DNA from: Basidiobolus meristosporus CBS 931.73
Lineage: Eukaryota > Fungi > Basidiobolomycota
Length of the DNA: 64,000 bases
Assembly (NCBI GenBank): GCA_002104905.1
Contig: MCFE01000286.1
Span: forward strand, 1-64,000
Reading direction: 5' to 3'
The notes beneath the pieces were generated by a model. That model was not told the DNA's origin, made no database searches, and was given only the letters and a program-made list of their open reading frames with translations. The translations under genes were made by a program, and so were the position numbers. Every line of letters starts with the position of its first letter. Position 1 is the first letter of the stretch. This document shows positions 10,477-21,710 of the stretch, in pieces.

Positions 10477-11721
10477 ATGTCTAAAGGAAAGGTTTTACTG
10501 GCTTACTCTGGTGGTCTCGACACCTCCTGCATCCTCGTCTGGCTCATTGAGCAGGGCTACGAGGTTCTCGCTTACCTTGCCAACGTTGGTCAAGAAGAGG
10601 ACTTTGATGCTGCTCGCGAGAAGGCACTCAAGATCGGTGCCTCGAAGGTGTTCATCGAAGATTTGAGACGTGAGTTCGTCGAAGAGCTCATCTACCCCGC
10701 TGTCCAGGCCAACACCATCTACGAGGGTGTCTACTTGCTTGGCACATCTCTTGCCCGCCCCGTCATTGCTCGCCGCCAGATTGAGCTTGCCAAGCAGGAA
10801 GGCTGCACACATGTGTCCCATGGATGCACCGGAAAGGGTAATGACCAAGTCCGCTTTGAGCTCGCTTACTATGCACTTCAGCCTGATATCAAGGTTGTCG
10901 CCCCTTGGAGAATCCCCGAGTTCTTCACCAGATTCCCAGGACGTGCCAGCCTGCTGGAGTACGCAGCTGAGAAGGGAATCCCTGTAGTCCAGACTGCTGC
11001 CAAGCCTTGGTCCACTGATGAGAACCTGTTCCACATCTCCTACGAGGCTGGTATTCTCGAGGATCCAAGCGTCACCCCACCCAGAGATATGTGGAAGCTC
11101 ACCGTCGACCCTGAGGATGCCCCCAATACCCCCGAGAGAATCTCCATCAAGTTCGAGAAGGGCAAACCAGTCGAGGTGAAGAACCACAACGACAACACCG
11201 TTGTCACCGATGCTCTTGAGCTCTTCACCTACCTCAACACCCTTGGCCGTCGCAATGGCATCGGTCGTATTGATATCGTCGAGAACCGTTTCATTGGTAT
11301 CAAGAGCCGTGGTTGCTACGAGACCCCTGGTGGCACCATCCTCCGTGCTGCTCATGTTGACCTTGAAGGGCTAACCCTGGATCGCCAAGTCAGAGCTTTC
11401 CGTGACGAAAGTGTGACCCCGGCACTGTCCAACCTTTTGTACAACGGTATGTACTTCTCCCCCGAGAGCACCTACCTCCTCTCCACCGTCGCCGCCTCTC
11501 AAGTGTCAGTGAATGGTGTTGTCAACCTTAAGCTTTACAAGGGCAATGTCGTTGTTGAAGGACGCTACAGTGAGACCGAGAAGCTGTATGATATGGAGGA
11601 GAGCTCCATGGATGTCCAAGGAGGCTTCAGCCCAGAAGACTCTGAAGGCTTCATCAAGATCCAGAGCATTCGTCTCAAGAAGTTTGGTCAATCAGTTGCC
11701 CGTAATGGTGGCAAATTCTAA
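10477..11721 (+). CDS. ARG1: Argininosuccinate synthase, copy 1 (414 aa, intronless)
   Basis: Contains the ATP-binding motif LAYSGGLDTS, plus YLLGTSLARP, HGCTGKGNDQVRFE, STDENLFHISYE and ENRFIGIKSRGCYETP. Confidence 0.98.
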   Translation: MSKGKVLLAYSGGLDTSCILVWLIEQGYEVLAYLANVGQEEDFDAAREKALKIGASKVFIEDLRREFVEELIYPAVQANTIYEGVYLLGTSLARPVIARRQIELAKQEGCTHVSHGCTGKGNDQVRFELAYYALQPDIKVVAPWRIPEFFTRFPGRASLLEYAAEKGIPVVQTAAKPWSTDENLFHISYEAGILEDPSVTPPRDMWKLTVDPEDAPNTPERISIKFEKGKPVEVKNHNDNTVVTDALELFTYLNTLGRRNGIGRIDIVENRFIGIKSRGCYETPGGTILRAAHVDLEGLTLDRQVRAFRDESVTPALSNLLYNGMYFSPESTYLLSTVAASQVSVNGVVNLKLYKGNVVVEGRYSETEKLYDMEESSMDVQGGFSPEDSEGFIKIQSIRLKKFGQSVARNGGKF

Positions 11722-12472
11722 TCAGAGGCCTATGCATGTATAGACTATTCATGTATTTTATGGGGATTCATTCAATTCAATGCAAATAATAAACATCCTG
11801 AAGCATAGTCAACATTGCATAACACTTGGTTCTTTGAAGATACTGCCTTGGTGAGACTCGAAAGTATAAAGCACAATCTCTTACAATGTATGAGAAATAG
11901 ATTGAGATTGGAGTTGTTACATTTAGCATTCGAGAGTAAGTAGCAACATTCATTACGTATGCCTGATCAATCATCACCATAAATCTATCTAGCAAATCAC
12001 TGGCTTCGTATCAATCGTGACTCCATTTGTATACAATATGGAGATGCAACTATCTTGGCTCTTCGGTGGCTTTTACGGCCAATCAACGGCAGGACTGCCT
12101 CAAATTTTCCCATGCGGTAGGCACAAATTTGCTGATTCCTATTTGGGTACAGGGAAATATCTTATTTTGGAGATGGTTGGTTTCTACCGTTAACATGTGC
12201 AAAAAGAAACTGTCCAGGAATTCCTTTTCTGGACCATCGTACAACCTACAACCACATGTTAACATACTTTTCGATACGTATGGCGAAAAGCACCCGGAGC
12301 AACTGCACTGTATTGAATCAAGTGGAATATATATTTATTGTTTTCATTAAGATGATAGCATCTTGATAACTGGACACATGACTGGAGGAGATTTCGAAGT
12401 CGTGAAATATAAAAACCATGGATTCCGAAGGACGTCAACATATCAACACTGACTTCACTGTTAAATAGTAAA

Positions 12473-13717
12473 ATGGCTCAAGGAAAGGTTTTATTGGCTT
12501 ACTCTGGTGGTCTCGACACCTCCTGCATCCTCGTCTGGCTCATTGAGCAGGGCTACGAGGTTCTCGCTTACCTTGCCAACGTTGGTCAAGAAGAGGACTT
12601 TGATGCTGCTCGCGAGAAGGCACTCAAGATCGGTGCCTCGAAGGTGTTCATCGAAGATTTGAGACGTGAGTTCGTCGAAGAGCTCATCTACCCCGCTGTC
12701 CAGGCCAACACCATCTACGAGGGTGTCTACTTGCTTGGCACCTCTCTTGCCCGCCCCGTCATTGCTCGCCGCCAGATTGAGCTTGCCAAGCAAGAAGGCT
12801 GCACACATGTGTCCCATGGATGCACCGGAAAGGGTAATGACCAAGTCCGCTTTGAGCTCGCTTACTATGCACTTCAGCCTGATATCAAGGTTGTCGCCCC
12901 TTGGAGAATCCCCGAGTTCTTCACCAGATTCCCAGGACGTGCCAGCCTGCTGGAGTATGCAGCTGAGAAGGGAATCCCTGTAGTCCAGACTGCTGCCAAG
13001 CCTTGGTCCACTGATGAGAACCTGTTCCACATCTCCTACGAGGCTGGTATTCTCGAGGATCCAAGCGTCACGCCACCCAGAGATATGTGGAAGCTCACTG
13101 TCGACCCTGAGGATGCCCCCAATACCCCCGAGAGAATCTCCATCAAGTTCGAGAAGGGCAAACCAGTCGAGGTGAAGAACCACAACGACAACACCGTTGT
13201 CACCGATGCTCTTGAGCTCTTCACCTACCTCAACACCCTTGGCCGTCGCAATGGCATTGGTCGTATTGATATCGTCGAGAACCGTTTCATTGGTATCAAG
13301 AGCCGTGGTTGCTACGAGACCCCTGGTGGCACCATCCTCCGTGCTGCTCATGTTGACCTTGAAGGGCTGACCCTGGATCGCCAAGTCAGAGCTTTCCGTG
13401 ACGAAAGTGTGACCCCGGCACTGTCCAACCTTTTGTACAACGGTATGTACTTCTCCCCCGAGAGCACCTACCTCCTCTCCACCGTCGCCGCCTCTCAAGT
13501 GTCAGTGAATGGTGTTGTCAACCTTAAGCTTTACAAGGGCAATGTCGTTGTTGAAGGACGCTACAGTGAGACCGAGAAGCTGTATGATATGGAGGAGAGC
13601 TCCATGGATGTCCAAGGAGGCTTCAGCCCGGAAGACTCTGAAGGCTTCATCAAGATCCAGAGCATTCGTCTCAAGAAGTTTGGTCAATCAGTTGCCCGCA
13701 ATGGTGGTAAATTTTAA
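12473..13717 (+). CDS. ARG1: Argininosuccinate synthase, copy 2 (414 aa; N-terminus MAQG instead of MSKG)
   Basis: Same motifs as copy 1. The protein is identical to copy 1 except at residues 2-3. Confidence 0.98.
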   Translation: MAQGKVLLAYSGGLDTSCILVWLIEQGYEVLAYLANVGQEEDFDAAREKALKIGASKVFIEDLRREFVEELIYPAVQANTIYEGVYLLGTSLARPVIARRQIELAKQEGCTHVSHGCTGKGNDQVRFELAYYALQPDIKVVAPWRIPEFFTRFPGRASLLEYAAEKGIPVVQTAAKPWSTDENLFHISYEAGILEDPSVTPPRDMWKLTVDPEDAPNTPERISIKFEKGKPVEVKNHNDNTVVTDALELFTYLNTLGRRNGIGRIDIVENRFIGIKSRGCYETPGGTILRAAHVDLEGLTLDRQVRAFRDESVTPALSNLLYNGMYFSPESTYLLSTVAASQVSVNGVVNLKLYKGNVVVEGRYSETEKLYDMEESSMDVQGGFSPEDSEGFIKIQSIRLKKFGQSVARNGGKF

Positions 13718-14184
13718 GGGAAAACCACTGAGGCAACGAAATACTTCCAATACGGTATATAGAACGCACCACATCAATACACCCTTCCATCCGTAACACT
13801 GTTAGATAAAATGTTAATATCTCAAATTTATTGTCCCAACAATAAAGTAATTTGACACATAGTCTCGAAAGTCGGCTCCGACAGGAATTCGTCAGTAAGC
13901 TGGCTCTAATCACGGCTCTGCTAGCGCAGTGTAGTAACAATAGCAAGCGAATCTTTGCGACTCGGGCTCAACTTGACCTCATTTCCGTCACTTACGTAAC
14001 AACGCTTCAAAAGATTCCTCTTGGGGAGGTGGTTCATACAAAATAAATCAATGAAATTGAAATCAAACTATGTATTTTAGTGCTTTTCCCCATCGTAACA
14101 CACTGGTTACCGGAGATGATTACGAATTGACCACTAACTAGCCAATAAAGGGTTCCGTGCTGTTATAATATGGGCCCAATGTTT

Positions 14185-14193
14185 ATGACTCAT
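14185..14193. promoter_or_regulatory. Perfect Gcn4/CpcA (AP-1-type) response element ATGACTCAT upstream of ARG1 copy 3
   Basis: ATGACTCAT lies ~280 bp upstream of the ATG. ARG1/argininosuccinate synthase is an established target of general amino-acid control in ascomycetes. Confidence 0.55.
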
Positions 14194-14474
14194 ATCGTTG
14201 TAACTGTGACTTGAAGATTCAGAGACAGGTTGACAAATTGGCTCTTGAAAAATGATTTATTTTCGGTATCGCTATATATCATACCATTTATAGCTGTGCA
14301 CAGTCGCACTAATGGAGAGATCCGGTCATCAGATCTAGACAAAAAGCAGATATACTATAGCACATGCGCTATTCCAATCATCAACCTGTAACGATGAGAA
14401 TATAAATCGGAAGTATACCTGCTCAAAGTTTCAGCTGCTGTTAGCATCTAACATCTTCTAGTCCCTCACTTATC

Positions 14475-15719
14475 ATGTCTAAAGGAAAGGTTTTACTGGC
14501 TTACTCTGGTGGTCTCGACACCTCCTGCATCCTCGTCTGGCTCATTGAGCAGGGCTACGAGGTTCTCGCTTACCTTGCCAACGTTGGTCAAGAAGAGGAC
14601 TTTGATGCTGCTCGCGAGAAGGCACTCAAGATCGGTGCCTCGAAGGTGTTCATCGAAGATTTGAGACGTGAGTTCGTCGAAGAGCTCATCTACCCCGCTG
14701 TCCAGGCCAACACCATCTACGAGGGTGTCTACTTGCTTGGTACCTCTCTTGCCCGCCCCGTCATTGCTCGCCGCCAGATTGAACTTGCCAAGCAAGAAGG
14801 CTGCACACATGTGTCCCATGGATGCACCGGAAAGGGTAATGACCAAGTCCGCTTTGAGCTCGCTTACTATGCACTTCAGCCTGATATCAAGGTTGTCGCC
14901 CCTTGGAGAATCCCCGAGTTCTTCACCAGATTCCCAGGACGTGCCAGCCTGCTGGAGTATGCAGCTGAGAAGGGAATCCCTGTAGTCCAGACTGCTGCCA
15001 AGCCTTGGTCCACTGATGAGAACCTGTTCCACATCTCCTACGAGGCTGGTATTCTCGAGGATCCAAGCGTCACCCCACCCAGAGATATGTGGAAGCTCAC
15101 CGTCGACCCTGAGGATGCCCCCAATACCCCCGAGAGAATCTCCATCAAGTTCGAGAAGGGCAAGCCAGTCGAGGTGAAGAACCACAACGACAACACCGTT
15201 GTCACCGATGCTCTTGAGCTCTTCACCTACCTCAACACCCTTGGCCGTCGCAATGGCATCGGTCGTATTGATATCGTCGAGAACCGCTTCATTGGTATCA
15301 AGAGCCGTGGTTGCTACGAGACCCCTGGTGGCACCATCCTCCGTGCTGCTCATGTTGACCTTGAAGGGCTGACCCTGGATCGCCAAGTCAGAGCTTTCCG
15401 TGACGAAAGTGTGACCCCGGCACTGTCCAACCTTTTGTACAACGGTATGTACTTCTCCCCCGAGAGCACCTACCTCCTCTCCACCGTCGCCGCCTCTCAA
15501 GTGTCAGTGAATGGTGTTGTCAACCTTAAGCTTTACAAGGGCAATGTCGTTGTTGAAGGACGCTACAGTGAGACTGAGAAGCTGTATGATATGGAGGAGA
15601 GCTCCATGGATGTCCAAGGAGGCTTCAGCCCGGAAGACTCTGAAGGCTTCATCAAGATCCAGAGCATTCGTCTCAAGAAGTTTGGTCAATCAGTTGCCCG
15701 CAATGGTGGCAAATTTTAA
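14475..15719 (+). CDS. ARG1: Argininosuccinate synthase, copy 3 (414 aa; protein identical to copy 1)
   Basis: Same motifs as copy 1. It differs from copy 1 only at synonymous sites. Confidence 0.98.
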   Translation: MSKGKVLLAYSGGLDTSCILVWLIEQGYEVLAYLANVGQEEDFDAAREKALKIGASKVFIEDLRREFVEELIYPAVQANTIYEGVYLLGTSLARPVIARRQIELAKQEGCTHVSHGCTGKGNDQVRFELAYYALQPDIKVVAPWRIPEFFTRFPGRASLLEYAAEKGIPVVQTAAKPWSTDENLFHISYEAGILEDPSVTPPRDMWKLTVDPEDAPNTPERISIKFEKGKPVEVKNHNDNTVVTDALELFTYLNTLGRRNGIGRIDIVENRFIGIKSRGCYETPGGTILRAAHVDLEGLTLDRQVRAFRDESVTPALSNLLYNGMYFSPESTYLLSTVAASQVSVNGVVNLKLYKGNVVVEGRYSETEKLYDMEESSMDVQGGFSPEDSEGFIKIQSIRLKKFGQSVARNGGKF

Positions 15720-18107
15720 ATCATATTTTTATACCATTTTGCCAATATCTCTTAGAGTCTCAGGCGAGTTCTTGAACGAGCCATTGAATACTCTTATTTA
15801 ATGTTTCACGAAGATCGCTAGAAAATGTCCATATGTCTTGACATCGATTCAAACGCAAAATGTTACTCTTGGATCCATATTTTTGTAGATAACCCACCAC
15901 CTAAACAATGTGGCATAGCAGAATAAATCCGTTGTTGTGGTCGATGTCAATTTCTACCAGCACAGCAATCATGTTGAGTATGCATTATCAGCAATGATAG
16001 AGTGAAGGATGATTTAACTATTTTGCTGGCTTTGCTCATATGGGAAGAACTTGTCAATATCCTACTCCTTGTTTAAACATATGTATCTAGTGTCAGACGT
16101 TGGCACAAGCCCCTCGCTCATAACTCATCTGGTAGGGTACGTTGTATTCTGGAATAGACTGCCAAATGCGAAGGAATTTTTCCGAGATCAACAATCAAAC
16201 AGGCCCTTCTCGAAACACCTTTTGGAGATTATATTGAACACTACATTATCCATCTCGACAGCTCTTATGCACTTACGGCGTCTTCCTCGGGCCATCCCTA
16301 CCACGTTTGTCTGATAAGGTCTCATGGATTTACCAATATCGTTCCCGCAAAACATACCTGGACGAATTGGATTAATACACTCAACTAGAATAACTTTCAG
16401 GAACACATAGTGGCTCATTACCAGTGTTTTCATGTAACATTCAATTCAAAGTATGTTTAGATATTTATCCATTTATAAATCCTAACAAGTTAAACTAAAG
16501 ACATGCTAGTTGATTAAGGATACAGGATACCTTCTCCTGCTATGTCTATTGTGAAAGAGGGTAAGAGACCAGGACTACATTGGCGATAGTAGCGATACAT
16601 ATACAAGTTCTTGACGGAACGGTCACCCATATGTTGTTCAGGTAGTGGACGAGCGAAGTATGAGGATAATGGAAAGGAAGGAATGGAAAAGAGTATTGCT
16701 TTCTAAAGATCATCCTCGGTACTAACACCATTCATTGAGCCAAACATGGTCGACTTCGGATAAGGGCTACGCGGTAGTTTACAGCTTTCTTTTAACCAAT
16801 TTACATCTTTCGAAAAAGATATCGACATGTTATTCTTGCGAGAAGAGCTCTTGGCTCCAGTTGAAATGACGGGGTTGCTCCTTGTAAGCTCTATCGTCTG
16901 AGTGACAGTGGACATGGCAAAGAACCAATAGTTGCGGCAGGGTTGCAATATAAGTATGCTTAATATGAAGTTGTTCGAAACCCAGTCCCAGAGGTAAGAG
17001 CTGAGGTCTGGATATTTATTGCTTTACCTACACTGTGCTGAGCTCATGTTACTTCCATGGCGATCATGTGAATGAGAGTATATATGAAACGCTGCTAGTT
17101 TAGGAATATGAAAAGGCTAAGGGCGAATATTAAATCTCCGTGATTTGAATTTACATCCAGAGAGTGGTGACACTTCATGAACACATCAATTTGATGCATG
17201 CCCGTGATATCATGTTGATGTCAGTCTTGTTGTGGTCGCTTATTCATTACTCCAGAGTCCCATATATATCACGGACTAAAACCCAATGGACCATCTTAGT
17301 GATGAAAGTTTATTACATTGGCACTGTCCCATAATTTTGCGATTTACTCGTGGACTTACAAAAAGGCCCTGATGATCACCTTTGGTAATTTGGTTTCAAG
17401 CACACACGTAGAACCCAGACATTCGTTACCCCATGTGGTCAGGGATTGGACTAGATGTGCGAGATTAGCAATTGCTTGGAAATTGGTTCTTCCGCCCGCG
17501 TGATATATCTTTGTATGGTATATTAACGCTTAGTGCCTGAACTATCTTCCTAAATATCATTATTATGCAACCTAATTCAAAGCGGTACCGAAAAGCTTAC
17601 ATATGCCCTTTGTAGGTACGATGCAAGCTCGATACCAAGGACTGTCATGCGCGACACCGGACCACGATGTAAGATGTTGGAATTGGCAACCCAAAATTTG
17701 TTCATTCACCATGTCGTCAGGGTTCATTTAACAAATTCACATGGAAACGGAATGCAAAATTTCTTGTGACCTCATGGATGGTACGATACCCTTTGCAGCT
17801 TGTTCATAGTTCCCAATTATCTTCAGTCTGCATCATGTAGGGGGCTTGAGTAATAAACTGCCAAATTAAGGACGAGTTGAGAAGATTAGCTTCAGCTGTT
17901 GCATATTCACTTGTTTAGTAGTGCGAATCCTAAGACTTGGATTAGAGTTTACAAAAGCTAAATGGTGAAAAGAAATTACAAGAGGCGAGGATGAAGGTCG
18001 GCATATGGTACTGATATAGCTGAAGGTAGGACAAAGACATCATAAGTAATACTGTTGAATTTGTACAAGTGATTCTTTTCAAGTAGCTCTGCGACTGCAT
18101 ATTATGT

Positions 18108-19737
18108 TCATTTCATTAACTGGCTTAATAGCTGTTCGGCAGTGAGGCATGATTGTGTTGTGAGGCCAGGTGACGAGTTCGTAGTGGAGGTGGGATCGGG
18201 CACAACGTAATCAACAGGTTGAGCCGCATAGAATAAATCATCAAACGAAGAAACGCTTGTAGATCCCGAACCTGAGGTAATTATCGAGGATTCAGGCGAA
18301 AGGATAGGTTGAAGCGGGGTGGGGAATTCTGGACTTAAATGATCATCGGGCGATGAGAGCATGAAAGTCTCAAGCTTGCACTTCCCTGGGCGCGGTTTTA
18401 GTTGAGTAGTGAATTTCATGCGATAAAGATCCAGAACTCGTTGAAGCAACCCTTTCTTGCCTGTCAGAAGCTGTGGATTAAGCCATGCCTGGTGAAGTCC
18501 GAAGGGGAGTCAAGTTAGAAAGACGTTGAGTAAGATCACGGGTGTTCTATGTGCACGATGTGTCGTCGACTTACCAGTTTCCATGCAATCTCATTGCATG
18601 TTATCTCATCAGCTCTATGCGAGTTTGTGTAAGTATCTTTGTTTGAAAAGGCAGATCTCGGAAAAACGCAATTCTTCTGCTTGAACCCAGCATCGATCTC
18701 ATTTACATCCACGTCGTTCAAATTGATCCGAAGAGTCCACGATTTTCCTGTACATAAATCTTGATAGATAAGAGTGTCGCTATCGGAGGAGGTGGAGGAG
18801 GTTGAGCATTCCATACTCGAGTGAGTTCCTCTCGGTCTGCGACGACGCAAGGTTCCGTTCATGATTTTTTCTTGGCGCGTAACTCTCCTTGAGCGCAAAT
18901 TGGGATATCGATTACGGTAACTATCTACAGCACGTTGGATCAGACCACGCTTTCCACCTATCTGCTCCAGGTTTAAGAAAGCCAATTTCCAGCCTAAATG
19001 GTTACATTCGGTCTCATAGGCCCACCGGTTTCCTTTATAGTCATCTTGGGTACAGAAGGCTCGTGGATAGACCTAAGGAAGCCAAGCAATGCCATAGCCA
19101 TAGAGCAAGCCGGGCAAAAGGGTTATCAACACCATGCTCACCGAAATTCATGGAATAGAATCAATGAATGTTGTTGATGAAATACACATGGATCAGTTTC
19201 AATATCACCATTAGTGTAGATCATACGCTGTCCATGCAAGGGAGAAGGGGGTAGAAAACACTCAGAATATGAATTAAATGGGATATTTACGCAGTTTTCT
19301 TGCTTAAAACCTGGGCTTAGCTCCTCAAGGTTCACCTTATCAACATCCGTCCGAATTTCATATTTTTGAAGGCGGCGATTATGCGAATAAAAGAAAGACA
19401 CCCACTCGATTCCGTCTCGAATAAAAGTTGCTGGCTCTTTGGAGACAACATCGCTCAGGTTTAGCTTCTGCGAAGTCAAGTCTTTCGGGTAGTTGGCCCC
19501 AGCCATGGTGCTTGTAAAAGTTGGTTTAGAGTCTGTCCTGTGTTTGACATGACCCTGTATATCTAGGCGTTGCTTTTTGACTTTTATCAGCGTTTTCTCG
19601 ATGAGCCCAAGCTGATCGAAGCTTAACTCCCATAGTATTTGATCTGGGTCAAAGGCTGGATCTAACAGGTGGGCAACGGTTATTTCATTAAGGCTGGAAG
19701 GTATGGACTGCGCAACGTCGTGGAAACCTCCGTCCAT
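18108..19737 (-). CDS. Conserved fungal protein with two tandem copies of a domain of unknown function (DUF8032-like; possible DNA-binding protein); 3 exons
   Basis: Copy 1: DGIEWVSFFYSHNRRLQKYEIRTDVDKV...FKQENC|VYPRAFCTQDDYKGNRWAYETECNHLGWKLAFLN...GGKRGLIQRAVDSYRN. Copy 2: WTLRINLNDV...FKQKNCVFPRS...CNEIAWKL|AWLNPQLLTGKKGLLQRVLDLYR. The family name is from memory of this motif. Confidence 0.7.
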
Positions 19738-20246
19738 GCTATCTCTGCTTCGTGGGAAAAGAATGAAAACGAAGCTTTACACGAATTCTACCTACTTGAG
19801 CCCTCAGCAGCAAGATAAATGGACAATTATAATGATTAGTTAGTCAAGAATGCTGTGGCCGCGAAAGACTTCAGGTCAAGTATATTATTCGAACGAGTTG
19901 ATGCGGGCGAACTTGACGGATTTTGTCCGAATCTGTTTGCACTGCTGACTTAGAGGGTATCGAAAGTATTTACTCCTTAAAGAATAGAGCTGTACCAAAT
20001 AAGCAACAGTACAAAATATTTGTTTTCTCGTATGTGATCGTTAGCGATAATTCGTTTGATTAGAAAAAAATTGAAGTAGAAATTCACAGGATTCAATGTC
20101 ATTGTTGAAATTTCAATAAAACTTTTATATATGCTCTTGGTTAAGCTGAGGTTGATCTACTGTGAAACGCTGATTTGTTGGTAGCGGAGTTTAATTCTTT
20201 CACTGGAGTCCATTTATTCGCAAAAATCCTATAACCTAGGCTCTAT

Positions 20247-21710
20247 TTAGGTAGGATTCTCGAAAGCTACGAAGACCAAGTCCCCATCTTCAATCTCTGT
20301 TTCTTCAAGAGTCAGCTCAGGGTTTAATTTAACTCCATCGAAGCATAACTCAATTGGGACTGTCGAATCGATTGTTTTTTGGTGTCTATATGTTTCAACT
20401 ATTCGTTTGAGCTTGGTAGTCTGTGAATTCGATCCGCAGAACCGAGAGCACATCAGAAGCTGCCTATTGAAATGGTATTTCAGAAATGCCTGTTACCTTC
20501 TTGACGCGAAGATGCTCAACGTCCTTATCTTTGTGTTTAAGTCTTATTGTCAAGGCTGGGATTTGTTCTTCTAAACACTCGCCCAGCTCCTTCTTTAAGC
20601 GGCGCTTCTTTTGGGTTTGAGTGAGCTCAAAGTGCTCCTTACTATATGCAGCTAGTATGCTATCAGCAGTTATTTCATTCACTGATTTTATACCTAAAAC
20701 TCACCAAGCTTAACCTTATCGCTCAACCCTAAGCTTTGTGGAGTTGCATGAGGGAAAACCCGCACCTCGTTGAAAGTTAATACTATCTTGTCAGGTGTTG
20801 TCATTTTCCCAATACTGTATGCATTTATAAGCTTTTCAAAGGAATCGTTCTAAGGAAAACAATCAGCTCATCTCGTAAGGAACATTTTGTCGTTACATTT
20901 TTACCGAATACATAGAAAATTTTAGAGGTATATCACGAATCATGTTGAAAATTTTGTTATCTGTTTCGTAAGAGCAGCGAGGATCAAACATGGGCTTCAC
21001 AGTTATCTCCACTTTAGAACTTTTGATTTTTGATTTTGCCTCCTTAAACTTCTTCTCACACTTGAAAGCAATTGCTTGCAACTCTGGCTCTAAATCGGAT
21101 TTTGGTAGTGGGACTAAGAGCTCGTTATCTGTAGATTCTTGCAGACTTCTTTTTATTTGGTCAAATTCTATATCTATCTGCCAACTAAAGTATGTGAGTG
21201 TTCTTGATATGACATAAGGAAGCTTGATTAATAATACTTAGTGTCACTCTGGCTGTATTCTTCCATTTGACATTTTGGTGGAGGAGTTAATATAACATCA
21301 TTTTCGCTATAAGCATGCTCTGAAAATGCGTTTTGTCTGTTCAAGCTAGGCCATTGATAAGTATATAATGAAATTGTGAGATTATTAGCATACCTTCTTG
21401 GCGTTTTATGCACCACTTCCTTCAAGAACTCCACACTCTCGTTATCATCAGAAAGAGAAATTACCAGTGGTGTTTCCTGCTTCTTGGCTGACAATGCCTT
21501 GCTTTTCGTCGTTGATTCACTGGTCACCTTGACATCTTCATCTGGTGATTTATCTAATTGTTACACATTACTTAGCATTCAAGGCAACGAAGTTTGTTTT
21601 GTATTCAGACCTAAACCTTCTATCCATATAACTGGATCTGTCTTATCAAGATCGATTATTTCTTTATCTCCACTTTGAGGCAATTCATCAGCATTAGGAG
21701 AGCATGACAT
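20247..21710 (-). CDS. Rad60/Esc2/NIP45-like protein with C-terminal SUMO-like domain(s); multi-exon
   Basis: C-terminal exons read LTIRLKHKDKDVEHLRVKK|TTKLKRIVETYR...IELCFDGVKLNPELTLEETEIEDGDLVFV, matching the SUMO-like FDG..L.P..T....IEDGD pattern. The N-terminus is low-complexity with SIM-like VISLSDD. The start is approximate. Confidence 0.75.

Larger units (their letters stand above)
10477..15719 (+). repeat. Tandem array of three 1245-bp ~99%-identical CDS units, with start-to-start periods of 1996 and 2002 bp
   Basis: Direct comparison of the three ORFs. The 751-bp and 757-bp spacers cannot be aligned by eye. Confidence 0.95.

Noticed and set aside
10495-15500. Long antisense ORFs (286-335 aa) over the ARG1 copies, and similar ones over hcp and RPL2
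   Set aside because: They mirror strongly biased sense codons, have no recognisable domain, and accumulate amino-acid changes exactly where the sense strand is synonymous.
15900-17000. Exon-like minus-strand fragments downstream of the ARG1 array
   Set aside because: No open spliced model or family could be built by eye.
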